A DNA stretch of 52,669 bases from Octopus bimaculoides (GCF_001194135.2 NC_068988.1:60389264-60441932); one strand, 5' to 3'. Shown: positions 37,201 through 50,120, numbered from the stretch's first letter. Translations and numbers: made by a program. The notes: generated by a model not told the origin, from the letters alone.

Positions 37201-39184
37201 TTGAAATCAGTAGCAATTCTTCTTCATTCTAGATATAATTGTATAATGCTTTCTTTCTTTCNNNNNNNNNNNNNNNNNNNNNNNNNNNNNNNNNNNNNNN
37301 NNNNNNNNNNNNNNNNNNNNNNNNNNNNNNNNNNNNNNNNNNNNNNNNNNNNNNNNNNNNNNNNNNNNNNNNNNNNNNNNNNNNNNNNNNNNNNNNNNNN
37401 NNNNNNNNNNNNNNNNNNNNNNNNNNNNNNNNNNNNNNNNNNNNNNNNNNNNNNNNNNNNNNNNNNNNNNNNNNNNNNNNNNNNNNNNNNNNNNNNNNNN
37501 NNNNNNNNNNNNNNNNNNNNNNNATTTACATACTTTATTAAATGACGACTTGGTAAAGGTTTCATAGGTGCGTTTATCATATATTAAGCATTTAATTACT
37601 GCTCAACAGGGCATGTATTTGTGTTTCACCATGTTTAGTTAGCCTAAGTTAATTTAGATCTTTTGAGTATTATGATAACTATACAGCCATAATATAGACA
37701 TAGACTGTTTCTATTAAAACGTGTATTGTAGCGATTGCATGAAGATTAGACAAAAGCGTTTAAGTGAGGTGTCAATAAGATAAATTTGCGGCGTCTTAGT
37801 ATTTGACTGTGCATCGTTAGGTTCATACATGGTCATAATCTCACATTTGAATCCATTACCTTCTGACGCATCATTATTATTATTATGAGCAACGTAATTA
37901 AAGATTTTAAATGGTAACAAGTTGAATGTCTTTGCATTAATATTATTCAGATACTGGAAAACTATATGTGGTTCACAATAGCCCATATTGATGTATATGA
38001 GTTTTCATCAGGTTTGTTGCAATATTTATAGATGACTATGTATATAGTAAGGGTCACATCTAGGGTATTCTTGAAGCTATTAATAATGTCTTTTCTAACG
38101 TAATGTGTGTGTATTTGTGTGCTGAGATATCTCTAAACCAAGTATATGTCGGGATCTCTTAGTAAATATGTATTACAATTTTCGGCCAACGAGCTTGCAT
38201 ATTTCTGCATTGTCAAATGCTACTGCTCTGGCATCGATCGAAGACGTGGGGGTCTTGGTTCTTCTGTCAATGCAGAATCTTTACTAAAGAGTATACACGT
38301 GTGATTTTTTTTATTGCCCACAAGGGGCCAACACAGAGAGAAGTATATACGTATGCTTGTATGTACGTGTGTGCGTTTGTCAGTGTATGTGCGCGTTGCT
38401 GTGTATGTGTTTGTGTGTATGTATTTGTGTGTATGTGTTTGTATGTNNNNNNNNNNNNNNNNNNNNNNNNNNNNNNNNNNNNNNNNNNNNNNNNNNNNNN
38501 NNNNNNNNNNNNNNNNNNNNNNNNNNNNNNNNNNNNNNNNNNNNNNNNNNNNNNNNNNNNNNNNNNNNNNNNNNNNNNNNNNNNNNNNNNNNNNNNNNNN
38601 NNNNNNNNNNNNNNNNNNNNNNNNNNNNNNNNNNNNNNNNNNNNNNNNNNNNNNNNNNNNNNNNNNNNNNNNNNNNNNNNNNNNNNNNNNNNNNNNNNNN
38701 NNNNNNNNNNNNNNNNNNNNNNNNNNNNNNNNNNNNNNNNNNNNNNNNNNNNNNNNNNNNNNNNNNNNNNNNNNNNNNNNNNNNNNNNNNNNNNNNNNNN
38801 NNNNNNNNNNNNNNNNNNNNNNNNNNNNNNNNNNNNNNNNNNNNNNNNNNNNNNNNNNNNNNNNNNNNNNNNNNNNNNNNNNNNNNNNNNNNNNNNNNNN
38901 NNNNNNNNNNNNNNNNNNNNNNNNNNNNNNNNNNNNNNNNNNNNNNNNNNNNNNNNNNNNNNNNNNNNNNNNNNNNNNNNNNNNNNNNNNNNNNNNNNNN
39001 NNNNNNNNNNNNNNNNNNNNNNNNNNNNNNNNNNNNNNNNNNNNNNNNNNNNNNNNNNNNNNNNNNNNNNNNNNNNNNNNNNNNNNNNNNNNNNNNNNNN
39101 NNNNNNNNNNNNNNNNNNNNNNNNNNNNNNNNNNNNNNNNNNNNNNNNNNNNNNNNNNNATATATATATATATATACATGGCAG

Positions 39185-39545
39185 AGATACCAAGAAGTTA
39201 TGCCGACCCTGTGGAGGACCTTTGTCCTCAGCCGCCTGGACAACTGCTCTCAGCTATAGTCACAACATAGTACCAAACTAACAGCGGAGCTTGAAGCAGT
39301 ACAATGCAACTACACTAAAAATTTTGAAACAGTTCAGCGGATAGGCTACAGGGAGAGGTTGGAAAGACTACGACTTTAGTCCCCGGAGCGAAGGTGCGAC
39401 TAATATGTAATAATCTACATACGGAATATTTTAGAAAGGCTAGTACCTAATTTCGGCATTGAATGTTATACAAATGCCAGAACTTGATTTCATTGAATTA
39501 TACCGAAAGTACCATAAACTCGCTCAATATTCAGATCAAGATTGA
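39185..39545 (+). pseudogene. CR1-type LINE, C-terminal RT fragment
   Basis: EVMPTLWRTFVLSRLDNCSQL (cf. TLYKSLVRPHLEYCSQVW); AELEAVQCNYTK; YRERLERLRL*SPERR; YVIIYIRNILERLVPNFGI. Confidence 0.75.
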
Positions 39546-39646
39546 GGGAGAGACAGCGACAGACAGAGCACTGTGAAGGGATCACTGTCTCTCCCACACT
39601 CAGGGTGACCGACAATCTCCTGAACGAATAAAAACATACATTATTT

Positions 39647-39690
39647 ACACAACGTTTCGGCTGATATACCTTCCAACCTTCATCAGGTAT
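39647..39690 (-). ncRNA. Minimal type I hammerhead ribozyme with canonical core
   Basis: Minus strand: ATAC-CTGATGA-A-GGTTG gaaggtatat CAGCC-GAAA-CG-TT-GTGT. Stem I ATAC/GTGT (one G-U), stem II GGTTG/CAGCC (one G-U), palindromic AACGTT stem III, GUU cleavage triplet. Confidence 0.75.
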
Positions 39691-39749
39691 CTTGGGGGAA
39701 AATTTCGAACCTGGATTCTCGTTCCTAAGGTTATCATTATTATCATTCA

Positions 39750-39822
39750 GGACACTGCCTGGAATCGAACTCGGAATCTTAGGGTTAGTAGCCCGCGCTC
39801 TTAACCACTACGTCATATGCCC
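39750..39822 (-). promoter_or_regulatory. tRNA-like Pol III head (SINE-type, 73 nt); not called a functional tRNA
   Basis: GGGCATATGACGTAGTGGTTAAG (A box TGACGTAGTGG)...GAGTTCGATTCC (B box)...GTGTCC. Acceptor-like pairing GGGCAT/GTGTCC; weak anticodon stem around CTACTAA. Confidence 0.75.
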
Positions 39823-39852
39823 GTGGGCAATTATGGAGTGAATTTTTAGGGC

Positions 39853-40266
39853 TTATAAATCTAATATTGTCCTATCCTTCCTTAATACCGGTTCCCATAT
39901 GCTATTTATATCTGCACTCGGTCTGCTTAGGAGGTTGTTTTGTCCTAACATATGTGCTGCTTCTTTTAGTTTTCGTATTTTCCATTGGTGTTCTCTGTCT
40001 ATTATTTTAACTTCATCCCACAGGGAGAGGTGGTCTCCATTTTTCAATACATGATCAGCTATACCCGATTCATCAATATTTCCTCGAGTCACAGCTTTAT
40101 GATGTCCCTCTACCCTTATTTTCAGGGGGCAGCATATTTCGCCTTTGTATAACCTACCACAGCTGCATGGGATGGAGTATATGCAGTTTTGGGTCATATT
40201 ATCTTCTATTGGTGGTTTTACCCGAAGGAGATATTTGCGAAGAAGCAGCACATATACTAGGACCAA
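39853..40266 (-). pseudogene. GIY-YIG endonuclease domain of a Penelope-like element (3' fragment)
   Basis: NCIYSIPCSCGRLYKGE...LKIRVEGH...SGIADHV...WDEVKIIDRE..WKIRKLKEAAH. Open for 137 codons, but no RT upstream in frame. Confidence 0.88.
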
Positions 40267-40654
40267 GAACTTACCTACTTCATAATGTTGATTCGTTTAC
40301 TGGATTTTCAGTCTGGCTTGACGGTTCTAATCAGTTTTGATAAAATGAATATATTTTTCATTGTGGCTTTCGGAAATTATTTGTGATAAGTCGCATCACC
40401 TATTTTATAAATTTGAGAATTTAGTCAGGAAGAAACGCATTTAAATATTGATTATAATCTAAATAAAAACGTTACATGTCATAGAATATAGTAATAAAAA
40501 AGCACGAAGTCCTTTCGTGATAACTAATCAAAATTAGTTCAAATTTCCAACTTGCCAGCACTGGGCTAAAAATGCAACGAAATAACAGAACCGTTAGACC
40601 GTCGGTAAAATGCATTACAGTTTTTTTCCGGATCTTTACATACTCAGATAAAAC

Positions 40655-40770
40655 GTAGCCGAGGTCAACCTTGCCATTCACCTATTCAGGGTAAACAAAA
40701 TAAACTACCATTCTAGTGCAGTAATCGCCTTACCTCTTTCCCTTAAAATTGCTGGCCTTGTGCCTATATC
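40655..40770 (+). mobile_element. Degenerate family B SINE 3' half
   Basis: GCCGAGGTCAACCTTGCCATTCA...GTAATCG...AAAATTGCTGGCCTTGTGCC. Confidence 0.6.
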
Positions 40771-40789
40771 AGCACCTAATATTACTGAA

Positions 40790-42330
40790 GATACAGTATT
40801 AAGAGCAGAAGATACATTTGTTTCTAAAGTGCAGCATAGTCAAAGTGATATCAAAGTTGTAAATCATGTTAACTTTCAAATGTCACACCTAATTTGACAA
40901 TGTGGTGTTTTGGCTGTAAGCAGAAATGTGTATTTGTCATTTGAATCCCAGCTCATGCTTCCGGCCTTGAGGAATCGAATATATTATTTATGGAGTAGTC
41001 TGTGGTTGAAAACTGACGCTCTGCTTAATAGATTATCGAGTAAATTTAATAAATTATTTATTTGCCATAACTACTTGTTTTAACAGCTGAAGCTTGCTGG
41101 ATTCTTTATCTATTTTTTTTTTTCTGTTTGTAGTTGCCTGATAAATATTCCTAAAGTTGTTTGTTGCTTGCTTAGTTTGCTTCTTGTCTGAGATAGCCTT
41201 CTCATTAATTATACAACTATAAACTTCGTTGAGTTTACTAGTTGAAAAATTTTGAATATTTATTACCTCTTCAGGTTTAAGAAATCCTTGGCAACATTAG
41301 ATTTTGCGGTAAGACTAAGTAGATTACTTACCATGATTACATTACTTCGACGTATTTTGGTTCCAGTAAACAGGGCTGATTCAAGCTTAGAATTATCTAT
41401 TCATCAGTGGTTTTAGCAGCTTAATGATCAATTGAATTTTCTTTTTTTTTTTCCTCTGGAGATATGGTGGAGAATTTTAAAATAATATTACGCACAAGTT
41501 TCATAAAATGGTTAGCAAAAGTTTGATGTTTCTGTCGAAGTAATAAGGTTTTTGTAAAATCTGGAATGTCGACTAATGACAACAGCATTAGTAATTCATA
41601 AATACTTTTTTTTACCACTTGGTATACATTCTTTTCTACTCTAGATACAAGGCTCAACATTTTGGGGGAGGAGTCCAATCGATTAGATCTATCCCGTACG
41701 CAACTGGTACTTAATTTATCTACCCCAAAAGGATAAGTCGACCTCGGCAGAATTTGAACTCAGATAGACGAAATACCGATAAGCATTTTCGCCCGTCGTG
41801 CTGACATTTCTGCCAACTCACCGCCTTCCACTTGAAATATATTAAAAGCAACGTCTTTAGACAGGTCTATTTCAACGTATGTAGATCTACCAAGATAAAA
41901 AAGAATCCAGATATATCACGCACCACATCTCCAGCAAAGCAGCCTATCGTGACATCAAATCACTCATCAGTTTCATTCTCCCTTAACGAAACGCTGCAGG
42001 AAAGGAGAGACTTTTTGGTGTGCATACTTTTATAACCAGAACCATAATCACTGTCATAATATATCTTCCATGAAAAACAGGAATCTTGCGAAGTGGGATT
42101 AATAAAATCAAAATGTACTACATCCGTTATCATTTCTAACATTGCTAAATCAGAAACTAGTGATTGTTTTAGTGAACATACATGCATTTCTAAGTTTAAA
42201 ATTTCTTTCACAAAGTTTGTTTGTAAACTTTCTTCAGTCCAATTTGCCTTTGGTATAATAGCTTGAGTTTCAGATTTGTAAGATCCATTTCTGAGTCTTC
42301 AGAGTAGTACAAGCCTCGGGAGTTTCTCAA
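40790..42330 (-). pseudogene. Strongly decayed Penelope-like element (RT, linker, GIY-YIG), interrupted by a SINE
   Basis: Ordered motifs: VVHFD; MHTKKSLL; FDVTIGCFAG (cf. FDVTMGSYDG); KFSTISPEE; RRSNVIM..LSLTAKSNVAKDFLNL (cf. RNIIWFNPPYS.NVKTNIGK.FL.L); YSCIINEKAIS (cf. YSCMPNIKSII); NTTLSN*V*HLK; KCIFC. Confidence 0.7.
41642..41828 (-). mobile_element. Family B SINE inserted in the decayed PLE RT
   Basis: TACAAGGC...CAACTGGTACTTAATTTATC...GTCGACCTCGGCAGAATTTGAACTCAG...TTCTGCCAACTCACCGCCT. Confidence 0.8.
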
Positions 42331-43199
42331 CATTGCACTTGCTTATCATGCTTGAATGATTTGCTATTACTTTGGTATAGGAGTTAAAAATATTGTATGT
42401 TTGTGCGGCAGACATGCACACACACACACATACATACATACATACATACATACATACATACATACGATGTATGTATATGTATGCGTGTATAAATATTTGT
42501 GTATATGTGTATGTGTGTGCGTGTATTTGAAAGTTTGTGAAACTTACTTAATACAGGTTTTGCGTATAAAGGGAATTTTTTAATTATTTTTATTTTTAAA
42601 GCTAGAAAATCTTTTATCGGGATGTTACAAACCTTTTGGGAAGATGTTTTTGTCCTACTGTGAGTGCTTTCGACAAAAAATAGTTAAGATAGATAAATAG
42701 AAAGATACATAGATAGATAGATATACTCATATACGCGTGTGTATATGCATGTCTCCAATTCTTCGTGCGATTTTTGTGCCTGTATTAATATGTCTACATG
42801 CATGTTGTTTACCCTCTCGGTCTGTTTGTAAAACTATACATATATGTTATATCAAATGATTAACTGCTATCGCAATAAATGCATAAAACATTACCTATAT
42901 GTGTAAAAGGTAGAATTGCTTACGAAAGCTTGCATATTTCCTGTGAAAATGTTTGTATTTTAACGCATGTATGCTTTGGAAATCCTCTTCTAGAATATTT
43001 CATACAGCCATATTTCTAAAGAAAATTTCTGTGCGAGTTTCGTGTCAGTTGAACTCATTATATATATAATCTTTGGATAATTTTATAAATTGTTACGCTA
43101 CTTTTCTCAGACACACGCATACATATACACACACATGCATATTTTATTCCCTATCACTTATGATCTAAATTCATGTTATATATTCACGATTAACTATAG

Positions 43200-43870
43200 C
43201 CAGCTCCATCCGCCGGTAGAACCCCAAACTTATCCTACTCCCTGTCAGTTAACCAATGTGCAACTAGCAAGAGCAACAAGCCAAGGAGAACTCGGTATTT
43301 AGTGGAATATCTTTTTCTATACCGAGCACCCGAAGTGGCACAGCCTGGACTGATTGATGCAACACAGCCAGATGTACAATATTCTACAACTATAAGACAG
43401 ATACAGGATGGGTCGAAACGATCGTCGTACTGAATAAAGATTTGTATTAAATCCATTTTCCGTTTCCTTTATCAACTATAAATTCAACAAACACTGCAGA
43501 TTTCCTGACGTAGATCCATTAAAAATTATATCGTTACTGTCGACGACATCAGGTTTCCCAAACGGTGAATGGGCTTCAATCGACATAATGATAGACATGT
43601 ACCTAAAGTTCAAGTAGTTATATATATATATGTGTGTGTGTGTCCTACATCTAATATAGACTCCTTCAGCGCAATCTTCGTAAGCTATTTGAAAGACTAT
43701 TGCAAAATACAGAGCAAGCAATGTAGGAGCAGGAATATCACCTTGCTTTATACAATTTTCTACAGAAATTGGATCTGACAAGGTACCCCCAACATTCACT
43801 CTCAATTCCATCTTGTCATAACATTGTCTAAGCATTCTCACAAATACACCTGTCTTCGTCTTTTGCTTTT
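43200..43870 (-). pseudogene. RTE-clade LINE RT fragment with an internal microsatellite
   Basis: FVRMLRQCYDKMELRVNVGGTLSDPISVENCIKQGDIPAPTLLALYF...EGVYIRCRT (cf. RTE FV.MIRQFHDGM.ARV...G.LSDPF.V.NGVKQG.VLAPTLF...GV.IRYRT). Confidence 0.85.

Positions 43871-43876
<6 letters not shown>

Positions 43877-43957
<81 letters not shown>
43877..43957. repeat. (GT)n microsatellite
   Basis: Direct reading. Confidence 0.97.
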
Positions 43958-43959
<2 letters not shown>

Positions 43960-45414
43960 CATCTACGTGCGCTCGAGAGCACACGTGTGAAGTACTTGTA
44001 TAGGCCTACCAATACTGAAACACATACACGCTCACGCGCTCCTATCCCCATTCGAATTTCACTCACCCGTGTTTAGTCACTTAAAACGTGTCAAGAAGAA
44101 ACTGTAACACATGCAAAGGTTTAAAAGCAAATAAATACACGCGTCCTTTGTGGTTGCAAATACATTCACGCATATACATGTACATACAATTCAAAACCAC
44201 TAATATAGAAGATATAATCAGTTTTCATATTCATATACGCATACAGACATAAACTGTATATCCAAACAGATTTTATATCACAAAATACGTGAACATAAAT
44301 ACACAGTAATGAAAGGACACATATATATATATGCACGTATATCTGATGCATACATACTACAATTTTCACATACACACTCTCACACACGTTCTCCATGAAT
44401 ACACATATGTACGTGCGCTTGGCACATTATCTCGGTTTCACCCAAAAGTATTTTCTGGCCTATTTCACATATATAAAAGCAAAACACTCGCAATCGCATG
44501 CAAACTTATACACTCGTGCGCACTTTCATCTGGCTGCAAACAAATTTAACACGTAAAAGAAACATACATACACTCACCAGTGCACCAGATACATAAACGC
44601 ACCTAACATATACACACATACACACGCACTCATTTCTCTGCACATCGGAATAAATGGTTGACCGACTCTTTTCAAGATTGGGCTTTTAGCAAAATATTTC
44701 AGAGATTTGGCTATGTAAGTTCTTTTCCACACTCATGAAAATTTGTTGAATGGCACGAATCACCTTCTATTCTTGAAAGAGCATTTGTCTTTTTCCCCAG
44801 AATTTGGCAATGCTTTAGGGACATATAAATGGTATTCTATCTTCGGAAATGCAACTCGTACTATAACTTCACTAGGCAACTATGTGTGCGTGTGGAAGAG
44901 TGTATAGAAATACATTCATACATACTAACACAAGTGTATCTTCTATGGAGCTATCTATCTATATACTTATCTAATTATATATATGTTTGTACGGGCATGT
45001 ATGTATGTTGTATATAGTATGTTTGTGTGTGAAACCATGAAAATTTATAAACATTCCAAAAAGCATGGAGTAATTCTTTTTGAGAATTCAATATAGAAGT
45101 ATGTATAAAGTTTTATATCTTGCTTTATATATACTTCAAGATCTAATTCCAAAAGAGAATTATTCCACACTCTTTCGGGAGTTTATAAATTCTTATGAAG
45201 GCAACCAAATACAATTCACACATGCAAGAACGAGTTTTCTGTAGTAGATAAAGAATTTTCATGGATTGCTTTGATACAATGGTAGGGCACCCTTTCATAA
45301 CCGTACCAGTTCTCGGTTCGTGACCCACGTGTAGCTGTCGACTTTTTCTATCCAAACGTTTCTCCACCCAATATTTACATCCTATTACTTTACTGAGGCA
45401 GAGAACGAGCGGAA

Positions 45415-45595
45415 TCGTTATCACGCTGGGCAAAATATTTAGTAACATTTTCATCTATCTTTACGTTCAAATTCCACTGAGGTCAATTTTGTGTCATTCA
45501 TCCTTTCGAGGTCGATAAAATAAGTACTGGAGTTGATGTAATATACTCTCCTATACTAACTAAAAACTGTTGGCCGTGTGTAAAAACTTTCAAAT
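45415..45595 (+). mobile_element. Degenerate family B SINE
   Basis: AATCGTTATCACGCTGGGCAAAAT...GTTCAAATTCCACTGAGGTC...CATCCTTTCGAGGTCGATAAAATAAGTAC. Confidence 0.7.
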
Positions 45596-45655
45596 CTTTA
45601 TAGCTGTCTACAGACTCTCAGTATTCCAATACCCAAAAGAGAAAAAATATTTATG

Positions 45656-45710
<55 letters not shown>

Positions 45711-46347
45711 GTGTATATATATATATATACGTTCATACATACACATACGTCGGTATGCCTCTCTTTCTAGACACACACTCATATATATATATATATATAT
45801 AGATAGATAGATATATATATATATATGCTAGCTGCCACTTGCAAGTGTCTGTGACCTGCAAGCCATGCTTTCGCTAACTGTTTTAGGTGCATGCATATTG
45901 CGTGGCGAGCAGACATAGACAATTGGCCCTTCTGCAAATAAGCCAGCGGAGTATTGAGGATTTAATACCTGCAGCTGGAGGAAGCGGACTGCACCGGCAG
46001 TCTGCTGGTATTCATTGCGAGATGAATAGATGGAATCAGGATGAAATGGTGTGTCTTTCTTAAGAAAGAAATGTACCTACCGTTCAAGAATTTAGACCAC
46101 AACTCTGTAATACCAAATCGGACACCATAACTAAACAGCCGCATATTTTCACATATGTGTGGGAGCTCACTTGCACGTGCGTGTGTGTGTTTATGTATTA
46201 ATTTATCTTTCTCTAGACATATATGGATAAATACATAGATAGAAAAATAAATGTATATGCAGATACAAAAACATAAATATACATAGCCTGAAATGTATAA
46301 AATAATATACATACATACATACATACATACATACATGCATATAACTA

Positions 46348-46550
46348 GGTTCCAGGTGATCGATTAGCGAAATAGTCTGCTCGTGAAGTTAACTTGCAAA
46401 TGGCTAAGCACTCCACAGATACGTGTAGTACCCAGAGTGATTCAGTGTAACACAGAATGGCCCCTGTGAAATACAGGTACTACTCATCTTTTTCGTTATC
46501 TGAGTGGAATGGAGCAACGTGAAATTAGGTATCTTGCTCATGGACACAAA
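46348..46550 (-). mobile_element. CORE-type SINE with family A-like 3' tail, head truncated
   Basis: CTGCTCGTGAAGTTAACTTGC..TGGCTAAGCACTCCACAGATACGTG...GAAATACAGGTAC...GAGTGGAATGGAGCAACGTGAAAT...CTTGCTCATGGACACAA. Confidence 0.7.
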
Positions 46551-46590
46551 GCTCCATTCACGATATATATATATATATATATATATAGAT

Positions 46591-46622
<32 letters not shown>

Positions 46623-47414
46623 ATGTAATGTCTTTATAACTGCATACATGCACGCATGCACATACGATTACGCACATATACGCACGCACATATACACACG
46701 CATGCACATACATAGATGCACCACCACTGCCCCTACCACCACCACCACCACCGCTACCACCACTACCACCACCACACTCACCACACTCAAAAAAGATTTT
46801 ACATGATAACTGTTATATCCCTTGTTTGAATTGAAAGAAACGGAAAGAAAGTAACCTTTTCATTAATAACCTTTTCATTATTCATAGTCATACATATATT
46901 AGTTTTAAAATAAACTAGTTTTTATGGGTATAAATATATTCAGAAATTGGAGTATAAATTAAGAATTAGAAATATTTGATAAATATATATAAGTATATAT
47001 TACATGTAGTATAATACGTGTGCCGATATATACTAGTATATCTAGGCACGTGTATAGCTGAACCTGTGTGTGCGTGGTGTGTATGTGTTAGCGACATATG
47101 AAGAAAACAGGAGTCGTATATACAAGAAATGCAAAATCTAGCTCTGTGTGTGTGTGTGTCAATAATGTGTGAACACGAAATGCTGAAAGTTTGTTTCTAT
47201 GTGTGTATATGTTTGTGTGCTTGTGTTTGTGTTCTAATGTGTGTGTGGATGCATTTCCGTGTGTATGTGCGTCTATGGGTGCCGATGTGAAATTTTAGGA
47301 ATTATACACGTTGTATGTAACACATTTCAGCCGCTATGGTCTGAACTATATAATCACAAAATAGCAAATAGAGAGTTACATATATACATACACAGAGACG
47401 CATACAGATACCAA

Positions 47415-47429
47415 ATACATACATACAGG

Positions 47430-47499
<70 letters not shown>

Positions 47500-47508
47500 C
47501 ATACATAC

Positions 47509-47547
<39 letters not shown>

Positions 47548-47602
47548 CGTACATACATAGGTACATACATACATACATACATACATACATACATACATAC
47601 AT
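47415..47602. repeat. (GATA)n/(CATA)n tetranucleotide microsatellite array
   Basis: Direct reading. Confidence 0.95.
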
Positions 47603-48735
47603 GCATACCATGATTGATATATATATATATGCGTGTGTGNNNNNNNNNNNNNNNNNNNNNNNNNNNNNNNNNNNNNNNNNNNNNNNNNNNNNNNNNNNNN
47701 NNNNNNNNNNNNNNNNNNNNNNNNNNNNNNNNNNNNNNNNNNNNNNNNNNNNNNNNNNNNNNNNNNNNNNNNNNNNNNNNNNNNNNNNNNNNNNNNNNNN
47801 NNNNNNNNNNNNNNNNNNNNNNNNNNNNNNNNNNNNNNNNNNNNNNNNNNNNNNNNNNNNNNNNNNNNNNNNNNNNNNNNNNNNNNNNNNNNNNNNNNNN
47901 NNNNNNNNNNNNNNNNNNNNNNNNNNNNNNNNNNNNNNNNNNNNNNNNNNNNNNNNNNNNNNNNNNNNNNNNNNNNNNNNNNNNNNNNNNNNNNNNNNNN
48001 NNNNNNNNNNNNNNNNNNNNNNNNNNNNNNNNNNNNNNNNNNNNNNNNNNNNNNNNTATATATATGCTACAAATTATTTATAAATATGAATATATATATA
48101 TATATTTATATTCAAAAATAGAAGTACGTATGAATATATTAACAACTTTTTCTTTACCAACATGTGAGTGTGTGTGTCTTGTGTCTGTCTGTCTGTCTGT
48201 TTTGTATGTGTTAGGAAACCTCAAGTATTTATTGTTTTATTTCAAAGAGAAGTATCATAGATTACTTTCACTTTCGAAACAAAACGCTAACAATTCTAAG
48301 ATTTGTATTAAGATAAATATATCTCCAACGAATTCTTAACATTCATTTGTTTCCTTTTTAATGCTTCTGAAACTAAAATAAATGTTCAACGAGAATGTGG
48401 GATTAAGGTTACTTGCTTTTTGGTGGAGTTATTCTTTATTCGCCTTCTTCTCTTTTGATTTGGCTCACATTTATGAACAAAGAGTAGTAAATACAAATAA
48501 TTGCACAATGGTTTTTATATACTCCTCTCTAAAAAGAGATTTCCATCCGTCGCTACTCATTGTGTCTCGCTATGTGTGTTATAGCTTCCATAGTCATGCA
48601 TATATTTATATATGGAATAACACAGATGAGTTGCAATTCACTACAGTTGTTTCAGAGATGTTCTTTTTGATGTACAAAAGTATTACATTATTTAAAAATG
48701 ACCGTTTAATTCCGGTGAGTAACGATAAAAAGATT

Positions 48736-48924
48736 AAACGTTAGAACACCGGGCAAAATGCTTAACGGTATTTCGTCTGCCGAGGTCAGCTTTGCCTTTC
48801 ATCCTTTCGGGGTTGATAAATTAAGTACCAGCTATGCACTGGAGTCGATGTAATCGACTTAATCCCTTTGTCTGTCCTTGTTTGTCTCCTCTATGTTTAG
48901 CCCCTTGTGGGCAATAAAGAAATA
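48736..48924 (+). mobile_element. Family B SINE with internal deletion
   Basis: CCGGGCAAAATGCTTAACGGTATTTCGTCTGCCGAGGTC...GATAAATTAAGTACCAG...CCCTTGTGGGCAATAAAGAAATA. Confidence 0.85.
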
Positions 48925-49049
48925 AATATAATGAAAATGAGGATGAAATGGCTTATTGCCCCCACCCTCAGCCAAGCAAGTAGTTTCATTTTACTGTTTT
49001 TTTAAATTAAAAAATTACAACAAATATTGCATTATATCGTCAAAAATTA

Positions 49050-50120
49050 CAACAGGCGGCAGCTCGTCTTATCTATTCTGGCGTGGTGTTATTTCAATTT
49101 TTTTTTTTTCCCAAATACATCTATCCTCTCCCCTCTTTCTCTCTCCAACAGCTCACCGTTCTTACCGTCATGGTTTGCCATTTTCACTCCGTTAACAATT
49201 TTCATTTTTGTTACTCTCTTTTCAGTTTCGACGCTTTTTTCATATGCTATGGGGCTTCTTAAGTTTCTCCCTGTTGGTATCTTTCTCTGATATCTTTCAC
49301 CACTTTCTTCGTCCGACACAATTTTCTCTCTCAAATTCGCTGTCTCTTTCATTTTCATTCTTATGTCGTGCTCCTTCTTCCTTGCTGGTTGAAGGCAACG
49401 GTTCCTGAGTTCGCGTTTCACTTGATTTTTCGTTTGATTTTTCATTTGTTTTTCGTTTCTTCTCCTTGGGGTTTTTAAGTGATGATTCTAAATTCTTTTT
49501 TCCTTTTCACCACCGTAAACTCCTCGTCCGTTTTCTCCTCTACTATAACTGTACTCTCTTCTTCAATTTCTGTTTCAATTATTCGTGTTTCTGGGGACAC
49601 TTGGCCTTCATGTGTCTCCTTACTCCACACGCAAAACATATTGGAGGTCTACCCTCCACAACAATCCTTAATCTGGTCTCGTCTGGCAACACCAGCTCTT
49701 ACACAATCTTATGGTAATCTGGCAGGCTTATATGGACTATTACTTCTAGCCCATATCCCCCACAGTTCACCTCCATAGTCTTTGACGTTTTAAAAACTTC
49801 TGCTTCTTCCTCTGTATGATAGAGGATGGTTGCCACCAGCCATACCTCGTTAATATCAGGGGGCACTCTACTTGTCTTTACTCTGGCCGCACGTTTGCCA
49901 CAGTAAGTGGGTAGTAGTGCCCACTCCGCTGATCTCAAGGCTACAGTGGAGCACTTCTTTGCTTCATTTTCGTTTACAAAGCGCACCTCGACCATGCCGA
50001 ACTTCCGTCCTCTGTAGAATGTAATCGATTCTTCCACCGCTTTCGAACTTTCCTCTACCGTTTCTACGGCTGCTATCTCTACTTTCTTCGACGCTATGCT
50101 TAGTGTTCTATAGATGATAG
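49050..50120 (-). pseudogene. Non-LTR retrotransposon ORF1 (gag-like) with a CCHC zinc knuckle
   Basis: RIVVEGRPPI-CFACGVRRHMKAKC (CX2CX4HX4C at 49597-49638) is in frame with the 49699-50037 ORF across one stop. It is followed by frameshifted K/E-rich sequence (FTVVKRKKR). Confidence 0.7.

Noticed and set aside
39750-39822. Functional tRNA gene (ACT anticodon)
   Set aside because: The anticodon stem pairs poorly, the anticodon is atypical, and the sequence is embedded in a PLE terminal region; treated as a SINE-type head.
8640-48339. Long ORFs (150-390 aa) in the supplied track
   Set aside because: They are runs of X across N gaps plus translated microsatellites and carry no coding information.
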